64,000 nucleotides of DNA from an uncultured Gemmatimonadales bacterium (GCA_963741945.1 CAVUKA010000007.1:61585-125584), one strand, 5' to 3'. Positions 10,048 through 20,038 are shown, counted from the stretch's first letter. The notes: generated by a model from the sequence alone, not told the origin. Made by a program: numbers and translations.

Positions 10048-10482
10048 CTACACTTCGCCCGGGCGATGCCGATGCAGCTCGGTCAGGCCGGCATGGACGT
10101 GGCCGTGATCGTGGCCATGGTCGTGGCCGTGGCCCTGACACGCCTGCGCCGGCGTCATCCGCACAAGGCGGCTCTCCCGGAATGCGTCCACCGCCGCCCG
10201 CACCGTGAACGCGTCCGTGGCGAACACCATCATCCCGGCCGCTTCCAGTCGGGCCAGCGCCCGGCCACCCAGACCCCGGCACACCACCGCCCCGATTCCC
10301 TGCCCCTCCAGCCCAGCCGTGGGCTGACACTGACCGTGCTCGTGCCGCGCGTGCGCGTTCTCGAGCGCCGTTACGACGCCCGTCTCCGCCTCCACCAGCG
10401 TGAACCACGGCGCGCTCCCGAAATGCGGAGACACGCGCGCATCCAGCCCCGCCTCATTCGTGCTCGGTATGCAAAGCTTCAC
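10048..10482 (-). CDS. NifB/NifX-family (FeMo-co-binding-like) protein with His-rich tail
   Basis: VSPHFGSAPWFTLV, AVVCRGLGGRA motifs; tail GHGHDHGHDHGHVH; overlaps the DUF134 gene. Confidence 0.88.
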   Translation of the reverse strand: MKLCIPSTNEAGLDARVSPHFGSAPWFTLVEAETGVVTALENAHARHEHGQCQPTAGLEGQGIGAVVCRGLGGRALARLEAAGMMVFATDAFTVRAAVDAFRESRLVRMTPAQACQGHGHDHGHDHGHVHAGLTELHRHRPGEV

Positions 10483-10765
10483 GATCCGCCCCTTTCTCGA
10501 TTATCAGCGCTGAAGACGTCACCAGCGCTCTCACCATCTTGCCGCGGCCCGAACTCACCAGCCGCTGTACCGTTCCCCGGGATACCCCCATCAACTCCCC
10601 CGCCGCCGCCTGCCCATGCCCTTCCATGTCGCACAGGCGCAGCGCTTCCAGCTCGTCCAGCCGCAGCGTCACCTTCTCCAGATCCGGCATCGGGATGCTC
10701 CGGGGCTTGAATACGGTGTCCCCGTCGAACTCCCGGCAATGGCGCTGCTTCCGTGGTCGCGGCAC
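10454..10765 (-). CDS. DUF134-family HTH DNA-binding protein
   Basis: MPRPRKQR, FKP, LDELEALRLCD, MGVSRGTVQRLV; GGAGG RBS before GTG. Confidence 0.9.
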   Translation of the reverse strand: MPRPRKQRHCREFDGDTVFKPRSIPMPDLEKVTLRLDELEALRLCDMEGHGQAAAGELMGVSRGTVQRLVSSGRGKMVRALVTSSALIIEKGADREALHTEHE

Positions 10766-10779
10766 GTGGCCTCCATTCT

Positions 10780-10791
10780 GTGCATATGCAC
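10780..10791. promoter_or_regulatory. perfect palindrome GTGCATATGCAC, putative DUF134 operator
   Basis: 12-bp palindrome 14 nt upstream of the DUF134 start, next to the RBS. Confidence 0.65.
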
Positions 10792-11101
10792 GTTACCGCT
10801 CCGCGCGGCCGCCCGCAAGGGCGCGCCGCGGGTCGCGGTGGGCGTCGGCCTTCCGCCGGCCGGGGTCCGCGCCTGATCGGAGCGCCCAACTCTGGGCGCC
10901 GCGGCGGTGTCCAAGGGTGCAGAAGTGTCGGGAATCGGACAGTCGCCGCTGCGAAAGCGGTGGGTCCCGCGGGCCCCATCATGCGACAGGTCGTTGCGCG
11001 CCAGTCGGTTGACGCGTTCCTTGTGATGGATATGGTCGTCGTCGCCACAGTGGCTGAAAACTTCTGGGCGGTGCTGCCGTAGGGACGGGCGGGCGAGAGG
11101 G

Positions 11102-12787
11102 ATGACCGGAAACAGAACCGAGGCACTGATGAACGGAGGCCGGGCCGCAGTCGGTGGGGGAAGCGGGCGACAGCGGGGCAGCAGCCAGCGCGGGCGAGTC
11201 GAGGGGCGCGGACGGGCGGCCGTAGCGCCGGCAAGGCGGAGGCTTGCGCTGGTGGCGGTGGTGGGGCTGGGCTGCCTGGTGCCCGCGGGGGGCGCTGTGG
11301 CGCAGGAGCCGGCGATGCGCGGGGAGGCGGCCGTGTCGAACGGGCTGCCCACCCTGCTGTCGCTGGAGGAGGCGCTGTCGATCGCGCGGGAGAGCAACCC
11401 GACGTTCCAGGCCACGCGGAACGACGAGGGCGTCGCCAGCTGGTCGGTGCGGGAAGCCTACGGGGCGCTCCTCCCGAGGGCGTCCGTCTCCGGGGGCGTC
11501 CGCTACGAGGATGGAGGGTCGACGCTGATCGGGAGCTTCACATCGGCGGACATCGGTCTCACGTCCACTCCCGCGTACTATTTCTCGAGCTACGGCGTCG
11601 GGCTGTCGCTCAGCCTGAGCGGGCAGACCTTCTTCAACGTGGCGGAACAGCGCGCCACCCGGCGGGCGGTGGAAGCGTCGGTGGACGCGGCGGAGCTGGC
11701 GCTCGAAACGGCGGTGACGCAGGGGTATGTGGCGGCGCTGCGCGCTCGGGACCGGGTGGAGCTCGGCGAGCAGCGGCTGTCCCGGGCGGAGGAGAACCTG
11801 ACGCTGGCGCAGGCCCGGGCGGATGCGGGAGTGGGGATCGAGCTGGACGCGAAGCAGGCGCGCGTGGAGCGCGGCCGCGCCGAAGTGAACGTGCTCACCG
11901 CGAAGAGCGATGAGAAGGCGGCCAAGCTGGCGCTGCTGGAGCAGCTCGGGATCGAGGTGGACGGGGCCATCGTCCTGACCACGGAGCTCCCGGTCTTCGA
12001 TCCACCCTGGTCGCTGGGCGACCTGCTCGAGCTGGCGGCGGAGATGCACCCGTCGCTGCGGTCGCTGAAGGCGACGGCGAGTGCGGAGCGGGCGGCGGCG
12101 AGAACGGCGTGGTCGTCGTATCTTCCCACGCTTTCGGCGAACGCGCAGCTTTCGGGGTACACGCGCCAGGTCGGGAGCGATGACTTCCTGCTGGCGCAGA
12201 AGGAGCAGGGGTTCCGGTCGGCGATGGAGAGCTGCCAGTCGTGGAATGATCTCTACGCCCGACTGGCGGATCCGTACCCGCCGCAGGACTGCAGCGCCTA
12301 CGAGCTGACTGCGGCGCGGCGCGACTCGCTCGAGGCCTCGGTGACAACGGGCAACCGGGCGTTTCCCTTCGATTTCCAGAAGCAGCCACTGACGGTGTCC
12401 CTGCAGCTGTCGCTCCCCATCTTCACGGGCTTCAGCCGACAGCGACAGGTGGCGCAGGCGGAGGCGGAAGCGGCGGATACGGACTACCGGGTGAAAGCGG
12501 AGTCGCTGCGGCTGAAGACGGCGGTGTCGTCGGCATACGAGCGGCTGAGCACGGCGAACCAGGCGGTGCAGCTCGAAGCGGAGAACCGGACGGTGGCGGA
12601 CGAGCAGCTGGAGCAGGCGAGGGAACGGTATCGCGTGGGTCTCGACTCGTTCGTGCAGCTCACGGAGGCGGAGACGCTCAAGTCGGAGGCGGACCAGGCC
12701 TACCTGGCGGCCGTCTACAGTTTCCACGAAGCACTGGCGGACCTGGAGTCGGCGGTGGGGCAGCCGCTCCGGCGCCCATCCCGTTAG
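11102..12787 (+). CDS. TolC-family outer membrane efflux protein
   Basis: LSLEEALSIARESNP, duplicated OEP-like halves, LSLPIFTGF, ARERYRVG; first gene of an MFP/ABC operon. Start uncertain. Confidence 0.9.
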   Translation: MTGNRTEALMNGGRAAVGGGSGRQRGSSQRGRVEGRGRAAVAPARRRLALVAVVGLGCLVPAGGAVAQEPAMRGEAAVSNGLPTLLSLEEALSIARESNPTFQATRNDEGVASWSVREAYGALLPRASVSGGVRYEDGGSTLIGSFTSADIGLTSTPAYYFSSYGVGLSLSLSGQTFFNVAEQRATRRAVEASVDAAELALETAVTQGYVAALRARDRVELGEQRLSRAEENLTLAQARADAGVGIELDAKQARVERGRAEVNVLTAKSDEKAAKLALLEQLGIEVDGAIVLTTELPVFDPPWSLGDLLELAAEMHPSLRSLKATASAERAAARTAWSSYLPTLSANAQLSGYTRQVGSDDFLLAQKEQGFRSAMESCQSWNDLYARLADPYPPQDCSAYELTAARRDSLEASVTTGNRAFPFDFQKQPLTVSLQLSLPIFTGFSRQRQVAQAEAEAADTDYRVKAESLRLKTAVSSAYERLSTANQAVQLEAENRTVADEQLEQARERYRVGLDSFVQLTEAETLKSEADQAYLAAVYSFHEALADLESAVGQPLRRPSR

Positions 12788-12805
12788 AGAGGAAGTGGAT
12801 CGCGG

Positions 12806-14122
12806 ATGAGCATGGCAGCAGAGTCGCAGGATGAGGGCGGGAGCGCCGGTCCCCCCCGCCCCACGCACCGGATCTCCATGGACGTGCCTCGCCGTGATGG
12901 CGCGAAGCGTCGCAAGTGGATGTACTGGGGCGCCGGCGCGGTGGCGCTCCTGGGCGCGACCGTGGGGCTGGCGCGGCTGAAGCCGGCAGCCCCGGCAGTG
13001 GACCGGGACGTGGTGTTCACGGGCGCCGTGACGCGGGGGACGATGCTGAAGGAGGTGCGTGGCCCGGGCACACTGGTCCCGGAGCACGTGCGCTGGGTGT
13101 CGGCCGTGACCGCGGGGCGGGTGGAGCGGCGGCTGGTCGAGCCGGGCGGGATGGTGGAAGCGGGGACGGTCATCATGGAGCTGTCGAACCCGGATGTGCA
13201 GCTGCAGGCGCTGGAGGCGGACCGGCAGCTCGCGTCGGCGCAGGCGCAGCTCGTCGAGCTCGGGACCACGCTGCAGTCGGGGCGGCTGAACCAGGCCGGC
13301 ATGGTGGCCCAGGTGCGGTCGCAGTATCAGCAGGCGCAGCGAACGCTCAAGTCGTACGAGGAGCTGAACGCCAAGAACCTGGTGGCGCAGAACGACCTGC
13401 AGCAGGCGCGCGACCAGGTGGCGGAGCTGGCGGAGCGCGCCCAGATCGAGCAGGAGCGGCTCGACCTGATGGAGCGAAACACCGAGCGGCAGATCGCCGT
13501 ACAGAAGTCGCAGGTCGAGCGGCTGCAGCAGATCGTGGACTTTCAGCGGGATCGATTGGCGTCCATGCACGTGACGGCTGGCACGGATGGCGTGCTTCAG
13601 GAGCTGAACTTCGAGGCGGGGCAGTGGGTGCAGCCCGGCGCCACGCTGGCGAAGGTGGTGCAGCCGGGCCGGCTCAAGGCGGTGCTGCGGATCCCGGAAG
13701 TGCAGGCCAAGGACGTGACCGTGGGCCAGGCAGCGAAAATCGATATCCGGAGCGGCATCATTCAGGGGCACGTGATGCGGATCGACCCCGCCGCACAGGG
13801 CGGATCGGTGACCGTCGATGTGGCGCTGGACGTGGACGAGCTGCCCAAGGGTGCCCGACCGGACCTGAGCGTGGACGGCACCGTGGAAGTGGCCCGCCTC
13901 GATGACGTGCTCTTCATGCCGCGGCCGCACATCGGCCAGGCGAACAGCTCCGTGGGACTGTTCAAGGTCGTGAACGGCGATGAAGCGGTGCGCGTCACCG
14001 TGCAGCTGGGCGAGACGTCGGTGAACGAAGTGGAAGTGCGGAGCGGGCTGGAGCAGGGCGACGTCGTCATCCTGTCCGACATGTCCGCGTGGGACACGTA
14101 TGACCGCGTACGACTCAAGTAG
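12806..14122 (+). CDS. efflux periplasmic adaptor (MFP/HlyD family)
   Basis: N-terminal TM, VRGPGTLVPE, long coiled coil, GLEQGDVVILSDMS. Alternative start 12878 (MDVPR). Confidence 0.9.
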   Translation: MSMAAESQDEGGSAGPPRPTHRISMDVPRRDGAKRRKWMYWGAGAVALLGATVGLARLKPAAPAVDRDVVFTGAVTRGTMLKEVRGPGTLVPEHVRWVSAVTAGRVERRLVEPGGMVEAGTVIMELSNPDVQLQALEADRQLASAQAQLVELGTTLQSGRLNQAGMVAQVRSQYQQAQRTLKSYEELNAKNLVAQNDLQQARDQVAELAERAQIEQERLDLMERNTERQIAVQKSQVERLQQIVDFQRDRLASMHVTAGTDGVLQELNFEAGQWVQPGATLAKVVQPGRLKAVLRIPEVQAKDVTVGQAAKIDIRSGIIQGHVMRIDPAAQGGSVTVDVALDVDELPKGARPDLSVDGTVEVARLDDVLFMPRPHIGQANSSVGLFKVVNGDEAVRVTVQLGETSVNEVEVRSGLEQGDVVILSDMSAWDTYDRVRLK

Positions 14123-14149
14123 ATCACCCTGGACGAGAGCGAGAGCGAG

Positions 14150-14938
14150 ATGCCCGAGACCCCGACCCCCACGTCGATCCCCGTGCCCAATGGCAATGGC
14201 GCCGCGATGCAGGCCATGGAGCCGATGATCCGGCTGCAGAGCGTGAGCAAAGTGTTCTACACCGAGGAGGTGGAGACGCACGCGCTGGACGACGTTCAGC
14301 TCGAGATCCGTCCCGGCGAGTACGTGGCCATCGCGGGCCCCTCCGGCTGCGGGAAGACCACGCTGCTCAGCATCCTCGGGCTGCTGGACTCGCCCACGTC
14401 GGGCGAATACGTCCTCGATGCGCGGCCGGTGGCCAAGCTGACGGCGAGCCAGCGCGCGCACATCCGCAATCGCGCCATCGGCTTCATCTTCCAGGCATTC
14501 AACCTGATCGGTGACCTGAACGTGTACGAGAACGTGGAGCTTCCGCTCACGTACCGGGGCATGCCGGGGAAGGAACGGAAGGAGCGGGTGGAAAAGGCGC
14601 TGGAGCGGGTCGGCATGGCGCACCGGGTGAAGCACTACCCGAGCCAGCTCTCGGGCGGTCAGCAGCAGCGCGTGGCCGTGGCCCGGGCCATTGTGGGCGA
14701 CCCGCTCATGCTGCTGGCCGACGAGCCCACGGGGAACCTCGATTCGGCGAATGGCGAAGCCGTGATGGACCTGATGAAGGAGCTGCACGCGGGCGGCGCC
14801 ACGATCGTCATGGTGACCCATGATCCGCGCTACGCGCAGCACGCGGAGCGGGCGATCCATCTCTTCGATGGCCGGATCGTCGAGGACCTGAACCGGCGCG
14901 AAGCGCACGTGCTCGAAGAAGCCGGGTTCGAGGTCTGA
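14150..14938 (+). CDS. MacB/LolD-type ABC transporter ATP-binding protein
   Basis: Walker [38 protein letters not shown]. Confidence 0.95.
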   Translation: MPETPTPTSIPVPNGNGAAMQAMEPMIRLQSVSKVFYTEEVETHALDDVQLEIRPGEYVAIAGPSGCGKTTLLSILGLLDSPTSGEYVLDARPVAKLTASQRAHIRNRAIGFIFQAFNLIGDLNVYENVELPLTYRGMPGKERKERVEKALERVGMAHRVKHYPSQLSGGQQQRVAVARAIVGDPLMLLADEPTGNLDSANGEAVMDLMKELHAGGATIVMVTHDPRYAQHAERAIHLFDGRIVEDLNRREAHVLEEAGFEV

Positions 14939-14941
14939 GCC

Positions 14942-15112
14942 GTGGCGGGCACACGCGTGCTGGCGCACCCGCTCTACGGCGTCGGGACGCTGGACGCCTG
15001 GGCGTTCGCCGCAGCGGTCGGGGTCCTGGGCACCACCGCGCTGGCCGCCACCTGGATCCCCGCCCGCCGCGCGACTGCGGTGAACCCCGTGACCGCCCTT
15101 CGTCAGGAGTGA
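14942..15112 (+). pseudogene. 56-aa C-terminal remnant of a MacB/ADOP-type ABC permease
   Basis: Not in the ORF track. Translates VAGTRVLAHPLYGVGTLDAWAFAAAVGVLGTTALAATWIPARRATAVNPVTALRQE*, the typical LYGV...PARRA..V.P..ALR.E end of these permeases. Confidence 0.85.
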
Positions 15113-15119
15113 GATTTCG

Positions 15120-15809
15120 ATGATCGAGCTGAGGCACCTGGAGCGCTGTTTCGCGTCCAAGGCCGGACGGACCTATGTCCTGCGCAACGTCGACCTGGAG
15201 ATCCGGGAAGGCGAGTTCGTCACGGTCATGGGGCCATCGGGCGCCGGCAAGACGACGCTGCTCAGCATCCTGGGCATGCTGGATCACGGCTGGACGGGTG
15301 AGTACAGGCTGCTCGGCCATGCCGTTCACGACCTGAAGCCCCGTGAGCGCATGGAGCTGAACAAGGCGCACGTCGGCTTCGTCTTCCAGCAGTACCACCT
15401 GATCGATGATCTGACAGTGGAAGAGAACCTGGAGATCCCGCTCAGCTATCGGAACGTCAAGCGGCGCGAGCGACAGGCGCTCGTGGCGGACACGCTGGAT
15501 CGCTTCAATATCGTCGGAAAGAAGGACCTGTTCCCCAGTCAGCTGTCCGGCGGACAGCAGCAGCTCGTGGGCGTGGCCCGCGCCATCATCGCGAGCCCCC
15601 GGCTGATCCTCGCGGACGAGCCGACGGGCAACCTGCACACCCGTCAGGGTCACGAGATCATGGAGCTCTTCACGCGTCTCAACCGTGAAGGCACCACCAT
15701 CATCCAGGTCACGCACTCCGAGGAGATGTCAGCCTACGGCGGTCGGGTGATCCAGCTGTTGGACGGGTGGGTGGTCGGCGAGGAGAAACCGGTGACGGCG
15801 AGCGGGTAA
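15120..15809 (+). CDS. second MacB/LolD-type ABC ATP-binding protein
   Basis: [38 protein letters not shown]. Confidence 0.95.
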   Translation: MIELRHLERCFASKAGRTYVLRNVDLEIREGEFVTVMGPSGAGKTTLLSILGMLDHGWTGEYRLLGHAVHDLKPRERMELNKAHVGFVFQQYHLIDDLTVEENLEIPLSYRNVKRRERQALVADTLDRFNIVGKKDLFPSQLSGGQQQLVGVARAIIASPRLILADEPTGNLHTRQGHEIMELFTRLNREGTTIIQVTHSEEMSAYGGRVIQLLDGWVVGEEKPVTASG

Positions 15810-15948
15810 CGGGACGCGACCGGAGCACCGGCCGCGGCTGCGGAGCCGTGCGGGTGCGCCCTGCGCTCGCAGCGCAGGACGCCCGCAGTGTGGGCCTTCC
15901 GGATCGGGCGCTTGGGCAGCCGGGCCGGAGGGCACTACATTGCCGGGC

Positions 15949-16338
15949 ATGGCAGCGAAACTCAGTCCCCGCGCTCGAGCCAGGCTGGCGGGCCTCAGGC
16001 CGCTCACGGAGCTGGTGCAGTCCGCGTACTCGCAGGTGGAGCGCTACGCGGCCACGCGCGACCCACGCCATGCCGAGATGATGGCTCAGCCGCTCAAGCG
16101 AACGTTCGGGCGTCTCAAGCTCGAGCTCATGGGCGCCGGCCACGATGGCATGTCGCAGCTCGCCGCCGCCATGGAGATCGCGGCCGGTCGCAACGGGGCG
16201 CAGCGCCGGAAGACGCACATCCTGCGGGAAGGCGTGGGCTCGCTGCGCTTCCAGCTCGAGATGGAAGAGCGCAGGATCATCTCCGAAGACGAGGCGGCGC
16301 AGGAGAAGCTGGACGCGTCCGCGGACGACGACCGCTGA
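15949..16338 (+). CDS. hypothetical helical protein (possible degenerate HPt fold)
   Basis: GGAGG upstream; all-helical amphipathic pattern; typical high-GC codon usage. Confidence 0.7.
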   Translation: MAAKLSPRARARLAGLRPLTELVQSAYSQVERYAATRDPRHAEMMAQPLKRTFGRLKLELMGAGHDGMSQLAAAMEIAAGRNGAQRRKTHILREGVGSLRFQLEMEERRIISEDEAAQEKLDASADDDR

Positions 16339-16357
16339 GCGCACCGGATCCGGAACC

Positions 16358-17422
16358 ATGCCGCGGCGTCGCTCCCTCCCCGTTGAAGGCCTGATCCGGC
16401 AGATCCGGAGTGGCCTCTCGGAGCCGGTCCGACAGCTGCAGCTGTCGCTCCTGCTCCTCCTGGGCCTCGTCCTGGTGGGCGTCATCGGCTTCATGGCGCT
16501 CGAGGGCTACAGCCTCATCGATGCCCTGTACATGACGGTGATCACGCTGGCCACCGTGGGCTTCCAGGAAGTCCGCCCCCTGGACCCGGCCGGCCGCCTG
16601 TTCACCACTTTCCTCGTCATCGTGGGCGTCGGCACGGCCGCCTGGGCCATCAGCAACGCCGCGGAGGTGATGCTCGGTCAGACATTCTGGAAATCCGTCC
16701 AGCGCAGAAGGAACAGGGAAATGGTCGAGGATCTCAGGGACCACCACATCGTATGCGGGTACGGGCGGCTGGGCCGCCAGATCATCCGTGACCTGAACGC
16801 CCGGGGCGAGCCGTCCATCGTCATCGACTGGAACGCCGACCTGGAAGACGAGCTGTTCGAGGCTCACCTGCCGCACATCATCGCGGACGCCTCCAACGAG
16901 GAGGTCCTGCTGGAGGCCGGCATCGAGCGAGCGCGGGGCATGGTGGCGGCGCTGGACGATGATGCGCAGAACGTGCTGACGGTCCTCACGGCCCGGGAGC
17001 TGAACCCGCACCTCCTCATCATCGCCCGCGCGGGCACGGAGAGCCTCGAGAGCAAGCTGCTCCGCGCGGGCGCCGATCGCGTGGTCACTCCCTCCTCCAT
17101 CGGCGGCCATCGCCTGGCCCTGGCGCTGCTCCGCCCGGCCGTGCACGACTTCTTCGGCCGCATCTTCACGCTCGGCGCGGAGCCGGACGTGGACGTGGGG
17201 CAGATCACGGTCCCGGAACACTCTCCGTTCGCCGGTCAGACGATCGCGGGGTGCGACCTCCGCCGCGTGCGCAACATCTCGATCCTCGCCATCCGCACGC
17301 CCGATGGCGCCTTCGACCTGAACCCAGGCGCGGGCCGGACGATCAGTCCGGGGGAAACGCTCATCTTCATCGGCCCGGCCGGATCGGTCTACGACCTGGA
17401 GGCGATGTACTCGGAGGGCTGA
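16358..17422 (+). CDS. 2-TM potassium channel with TrkA-N/TrkA-C (RCK) domains
   Basis: Filter TLATVGFQE; HHIVCGYGRLG; RAGADRVV. Confidence 0.92.
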   Translation: MPRRRSLPVEGLIRQIRSGLSEPVRQLQLSLLLLLGLVLVGVIGFMALEGYSLIDALYMTVITLATVGFQEVRPLDPAGRLFTTFLVIVGVGTAAWAISNAAEVMLGQTFWKSVQRRRNREMVEDLRDHHIVCGYGRLGRQIIRDLNARGEPSIVIDWNADLEDELFEAHLPHIIADASNEEVLLEAGIERARGMVAALDDDAQNVLTVLTARELNPHLLIIARAGTESLESKLLRAGADRVVTPSSIGGHRLALALLRPAVHDFFGRIFTLGAEPDVDVGQITVPEHSPFAGQTIAGCDLRRVRNISILAIRTPDGAFDLNPGAGRTISPGETLIFIGPAGSVYDLEAMYSEG

Positions 17423-17482
17423 GCCACGGCTTCGCTGCCGCCGGGCTTCTGCGGGCCCGTGGACCCGCCGCGGCCGTCGGGG

Positions 17483-20038
17483 TCAGCGGAGCGCGGCCGC
17501 GCGGAACAGCGGGTCGGCTTCCTGGAGGACCTTGCCGAGCAGGCGCGGCGGGAGGTCGGGGCGGCGTTCCACGAACTCCTCCACGATCGCCGCCGCTGCG
17601 GGCGAGCGGTGCCCACCCAGCGTGGCCCCGAGCCAGCGACCCGGGAAGAAGATGTCGCCCGTGTCGTGGATCTCCTCCAGCAGATCGAGACCGGGCCGGA
17701 TGTACTTGCGGGCGTACTGCGCCCGCAGCGGGTGGTGGAGGTAGCGCAACGCCGTGACCACCCACTCCTCGTGGGTTCGGTTGGCCGGATCGGCCAGGGA
17801 GCGGAAGAAGCTGTCGCGCACGGCGGTGTCCGCCGACACGGCGGGGAGGAGAAAGTCGAAGCGCGCGCGCCGGTCAGGGTTGTCGATGTCGTCGCGCTGG
17901 CGGCGGAGGACTTCCGCCCAGCCGGGGGCTTCACGCACCGCGAGCGCCAGGGCGAGGTCGGTGCGGTCGCGCTCGGAGAGCGGAAGGCCAGGAATGCTGT
18001 CATCGCCGCTCCAGAGGGCGCGCATCCGGGTCACGGCCCCGGTCGAAAGGGCGATGGAGCGCCACGCGTCCAGGTACGCCCCCCTGGCCGACGATGACGC
18101 GGCCTGTCCGATGCGGGACCACAGCACCGGCTCGAGCCGGGCGGCGAGCGAGCGACGGCCGGCCTCGCCCGTGTAGCGCCAGAACAGGGTCTCGAGACCG
18201 CTCAGCGCCGCCTCCGCCACCAGCTCATCCTGGTCGGGCGCCGAGAGCCGGACGGCGAGGTCCAGCATGGCGCCGGGCGGGACCTGTCCCTCCAGCATCA
18301 TCTCCCACAGATCGATCCAGCCGGCCGCCCGCGCCACCGGATCCGGCATCTCCGGGAGACGCCCGAGCAGCGCGGCCACGGTGGCGGAATCCAGGAGGAA
18401 GAGGCCGTAGCCCATGCCGTATCCGTTCGGGAGCAGGGCCGGGAGCGACGGGATGGAAGCGTCCGGCAGGTCGACGGTGGCCTCGTCGCCCGAAAGGGTG
18501 ACGGTCCGATCGGACCACGCCCCCGACTCGAGCGCCCGGACCGTGGTGCGCTGGGGCCAGACCAGTCCCCTGCCCCGCACGTCGAGCTGGAGCAGCGCGA
18601 CGGAGTCGGTGCCACGCTCGACGGCGATGGTGGGACGTCCGGGCTCATCGATCCAGACCCGGCTCCACGCGGCCACATCCATGGGCGTGACGCGGTCGAG
18701 GTCGGCCACCAGGTCACTCCAGCTTGCATTCCCGTACTGGTGCGCGGCCAGGTACTGCCGGAGCGCGGTGCGGAAGGCGCCTTCCCCCGTGAGGCTCTCG
18801 AGCTGCCGCATCACGATGGGCGCCTTCTCGTAAATGATGTTGCCGTACAGCGACCCCGCGTCGTCCAGGTTTTCCAGCTCCTGCCGGATGGCGTTGGTGC
18901 CCGCAGTCCGGTCCACGGCGTACGCGGCCGGGTAGTGCGCCAGGAGGAAGCGGAGCTCGTGGTTCACATCCGGGAAGGACGGGTTCACGATCTTCGCCGC
19001 CATGAAGTTGGCGAAGACCTCCTTCATCCACACGTCGTCGAACCAGCGCATCGTGACCAGGTCGCCGAACCACATGTGCGCGGTCTCGTGGGCGATGGTG
19101 TTCGCCCGGCCCAGCTCCTGGTTGCGCGTGGCCGACTCGTCCAGGAACAGCGTGGACGCGCGGTAGAGGATGGCGCCCGGGTGCTCCATCCCGCTGTACT
19201 GGAAGGAGGGGATCGCCACGAAGTCGAACTTCCCGAACGGGTACGGGATCCCCGTGTACGCCTCCAGCCACTTCAGGGCCGCCGCGTGCAGGTCGAACAG
19301 CGCGTCCACGTTCCGGGCCACCTTCGCCGCGTCGGTCTCCCGGTGGAACAGGCGAATACGGCGCCCGTCGCGCACCGCTTCCTCTACCCGGAATCGACCC
19401 GCCGCGAAGGCGAACAGGTAGGTCGGCAACGGCCGGGTTTCGGCGAACCGGTAGCGGGCGACGCCGCCCACCACCGTGACCGCCTCGGGCTCTCCGTTCG
19501 CCACCGCCTTCCACTCCGCGGGCACATCCAGCGTGAGCCGGAGCGGCGCTTTCAGGTCCGGCTGATCGAAGCAGGGAAACGCCTCGTGGGCACGATCCGG
19601 GACGAACAGCGTATAAAGGAAGTCGTCGCGCCGGTTCAGCGGACCGTTCCCGGCCACGAAATCCACCTGAACTTCGTTCTCCCCCTTGATCAGCGGACCG
19701 GCGGGAATGATGATGTGTCCGTTCTCGAGCCCCGCATGGATCCCGGAATGCCCGACGCGGACCGCCCGGACACCGTCCGTATTGGCGAAATCGAGGACAA
19801 CGGGTGCCCGCTCCGCCAGCCGGAACCGGACCACGACCCGCCCCTCCACCGCCGAATCCCGCGCGGCGGGAACGCGCAGCTCCAGCGCGTAGCGGACGTC
19901 GGAGATCGAGGCGGCACGGTGCGCCGCCAGCTCCCGGGAGATGCCGGGCGCCGTCAGGGGATCGCGAGGGAGCCCGGTGGCCATGGAAGCGACCAGGAAT
20001 ACGAGCGCCAGCAGGGGCGCATGCACGAAGATCGGCAT
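17483..20038 (-). CDS. pepN: M1-family aminopeptidase N with ERAP1-like C-terminus, probably exported
   Basis: FPCFDQPDLKA, SGMEH, HETAHMWFGDLVTMRWFDDVWMKE, IYEK; hydrophobic N-terminus. Start approximate. Confidence 0.92.
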   Translation of the reverse strand: MPIFVHAPLLALVFLVASMATGLPRDPLTAPGISRELAAHRAASISDVRYALELRVPAARDSAVEGRVVVRFRLAERAPVVLDFANTDGVRAVRVGHSGIHAGLENGHIIIPAGPLIKGENEVQVDFVAGNGPLNRRDDFLYTLFVPDRAHEAFPCFDQPDLKAPLRLTLDVPAEWKAVANGEPEAVTVVGGVARYRFAETRPLPTYLFAFAAGRFRVEEAVRDGRRIRLFHRETDAAKVARNVDALFDLHAAALKWLEAYTGIPYPFGKFDFVAIPSFQYSGMEHPGAILYRASTLFLDESATRNQELGRANTIAHETAHMWFGDLVTMRWFDDVWMKEVFANFMAAKIVNPSFPDVNHELRFLLAHYPAAYAVDRTAGTNAIRQELENLDDAGSLYGNIIYEKAPIVMRQLESLTGEGAFRTALRQYLAAHQYGNASWSDLVADLDRVTPMDVAAWSRVWIDEPGRPTIAVERGTDSVALLQLDVRGRGLVWPQRTTVRALESGAWSDRTVTLSGDEATVDLPDASIPSLPALLPNGYGMGYGLFLLDSATVAALLGRLPEMPDPVARAAGWIDLWEMMLEGQVPPGAMLDLAVRLSAPDQDELVAEAALSGLETLFWRYTGEAGRRSLAARLEPVLWSRIGQAASSSARGAYLDAWRSIALSTGAVTRMRALWSGDDSIPGLPLSERDRTDLALALAVREAPGWAEVLRRQRDDIDNPDRRARFDFLLPAVSADTAVRDSFFRSLADPANRTHEEWVVTALRYLHHPLRAQYARKYIRPGLDLLEEIHDTGDIFFPGRWLGATLGGHRSPAAAAIVEEFVERRPDLPPRLLGKVLQEADPLFRAAALR

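Noticed and set aside
10048-10482. Nitrogen fixation inferred from the NifB/NifX-family gene
   Set aside because: No nifHDK or nifEN in the window; this family is common in non-diazotrophs.
10979-15160. 1393-aa minus-strand ORF and other long antisense ORFs (5133-7631, 38464-40818, 55085-57664, 31010-33148)
   Set aside because: Shadow frames of well-supported genes on the opposite strand; Arg/Pro/His-rich without motifs, as expected in high-GC DNA.
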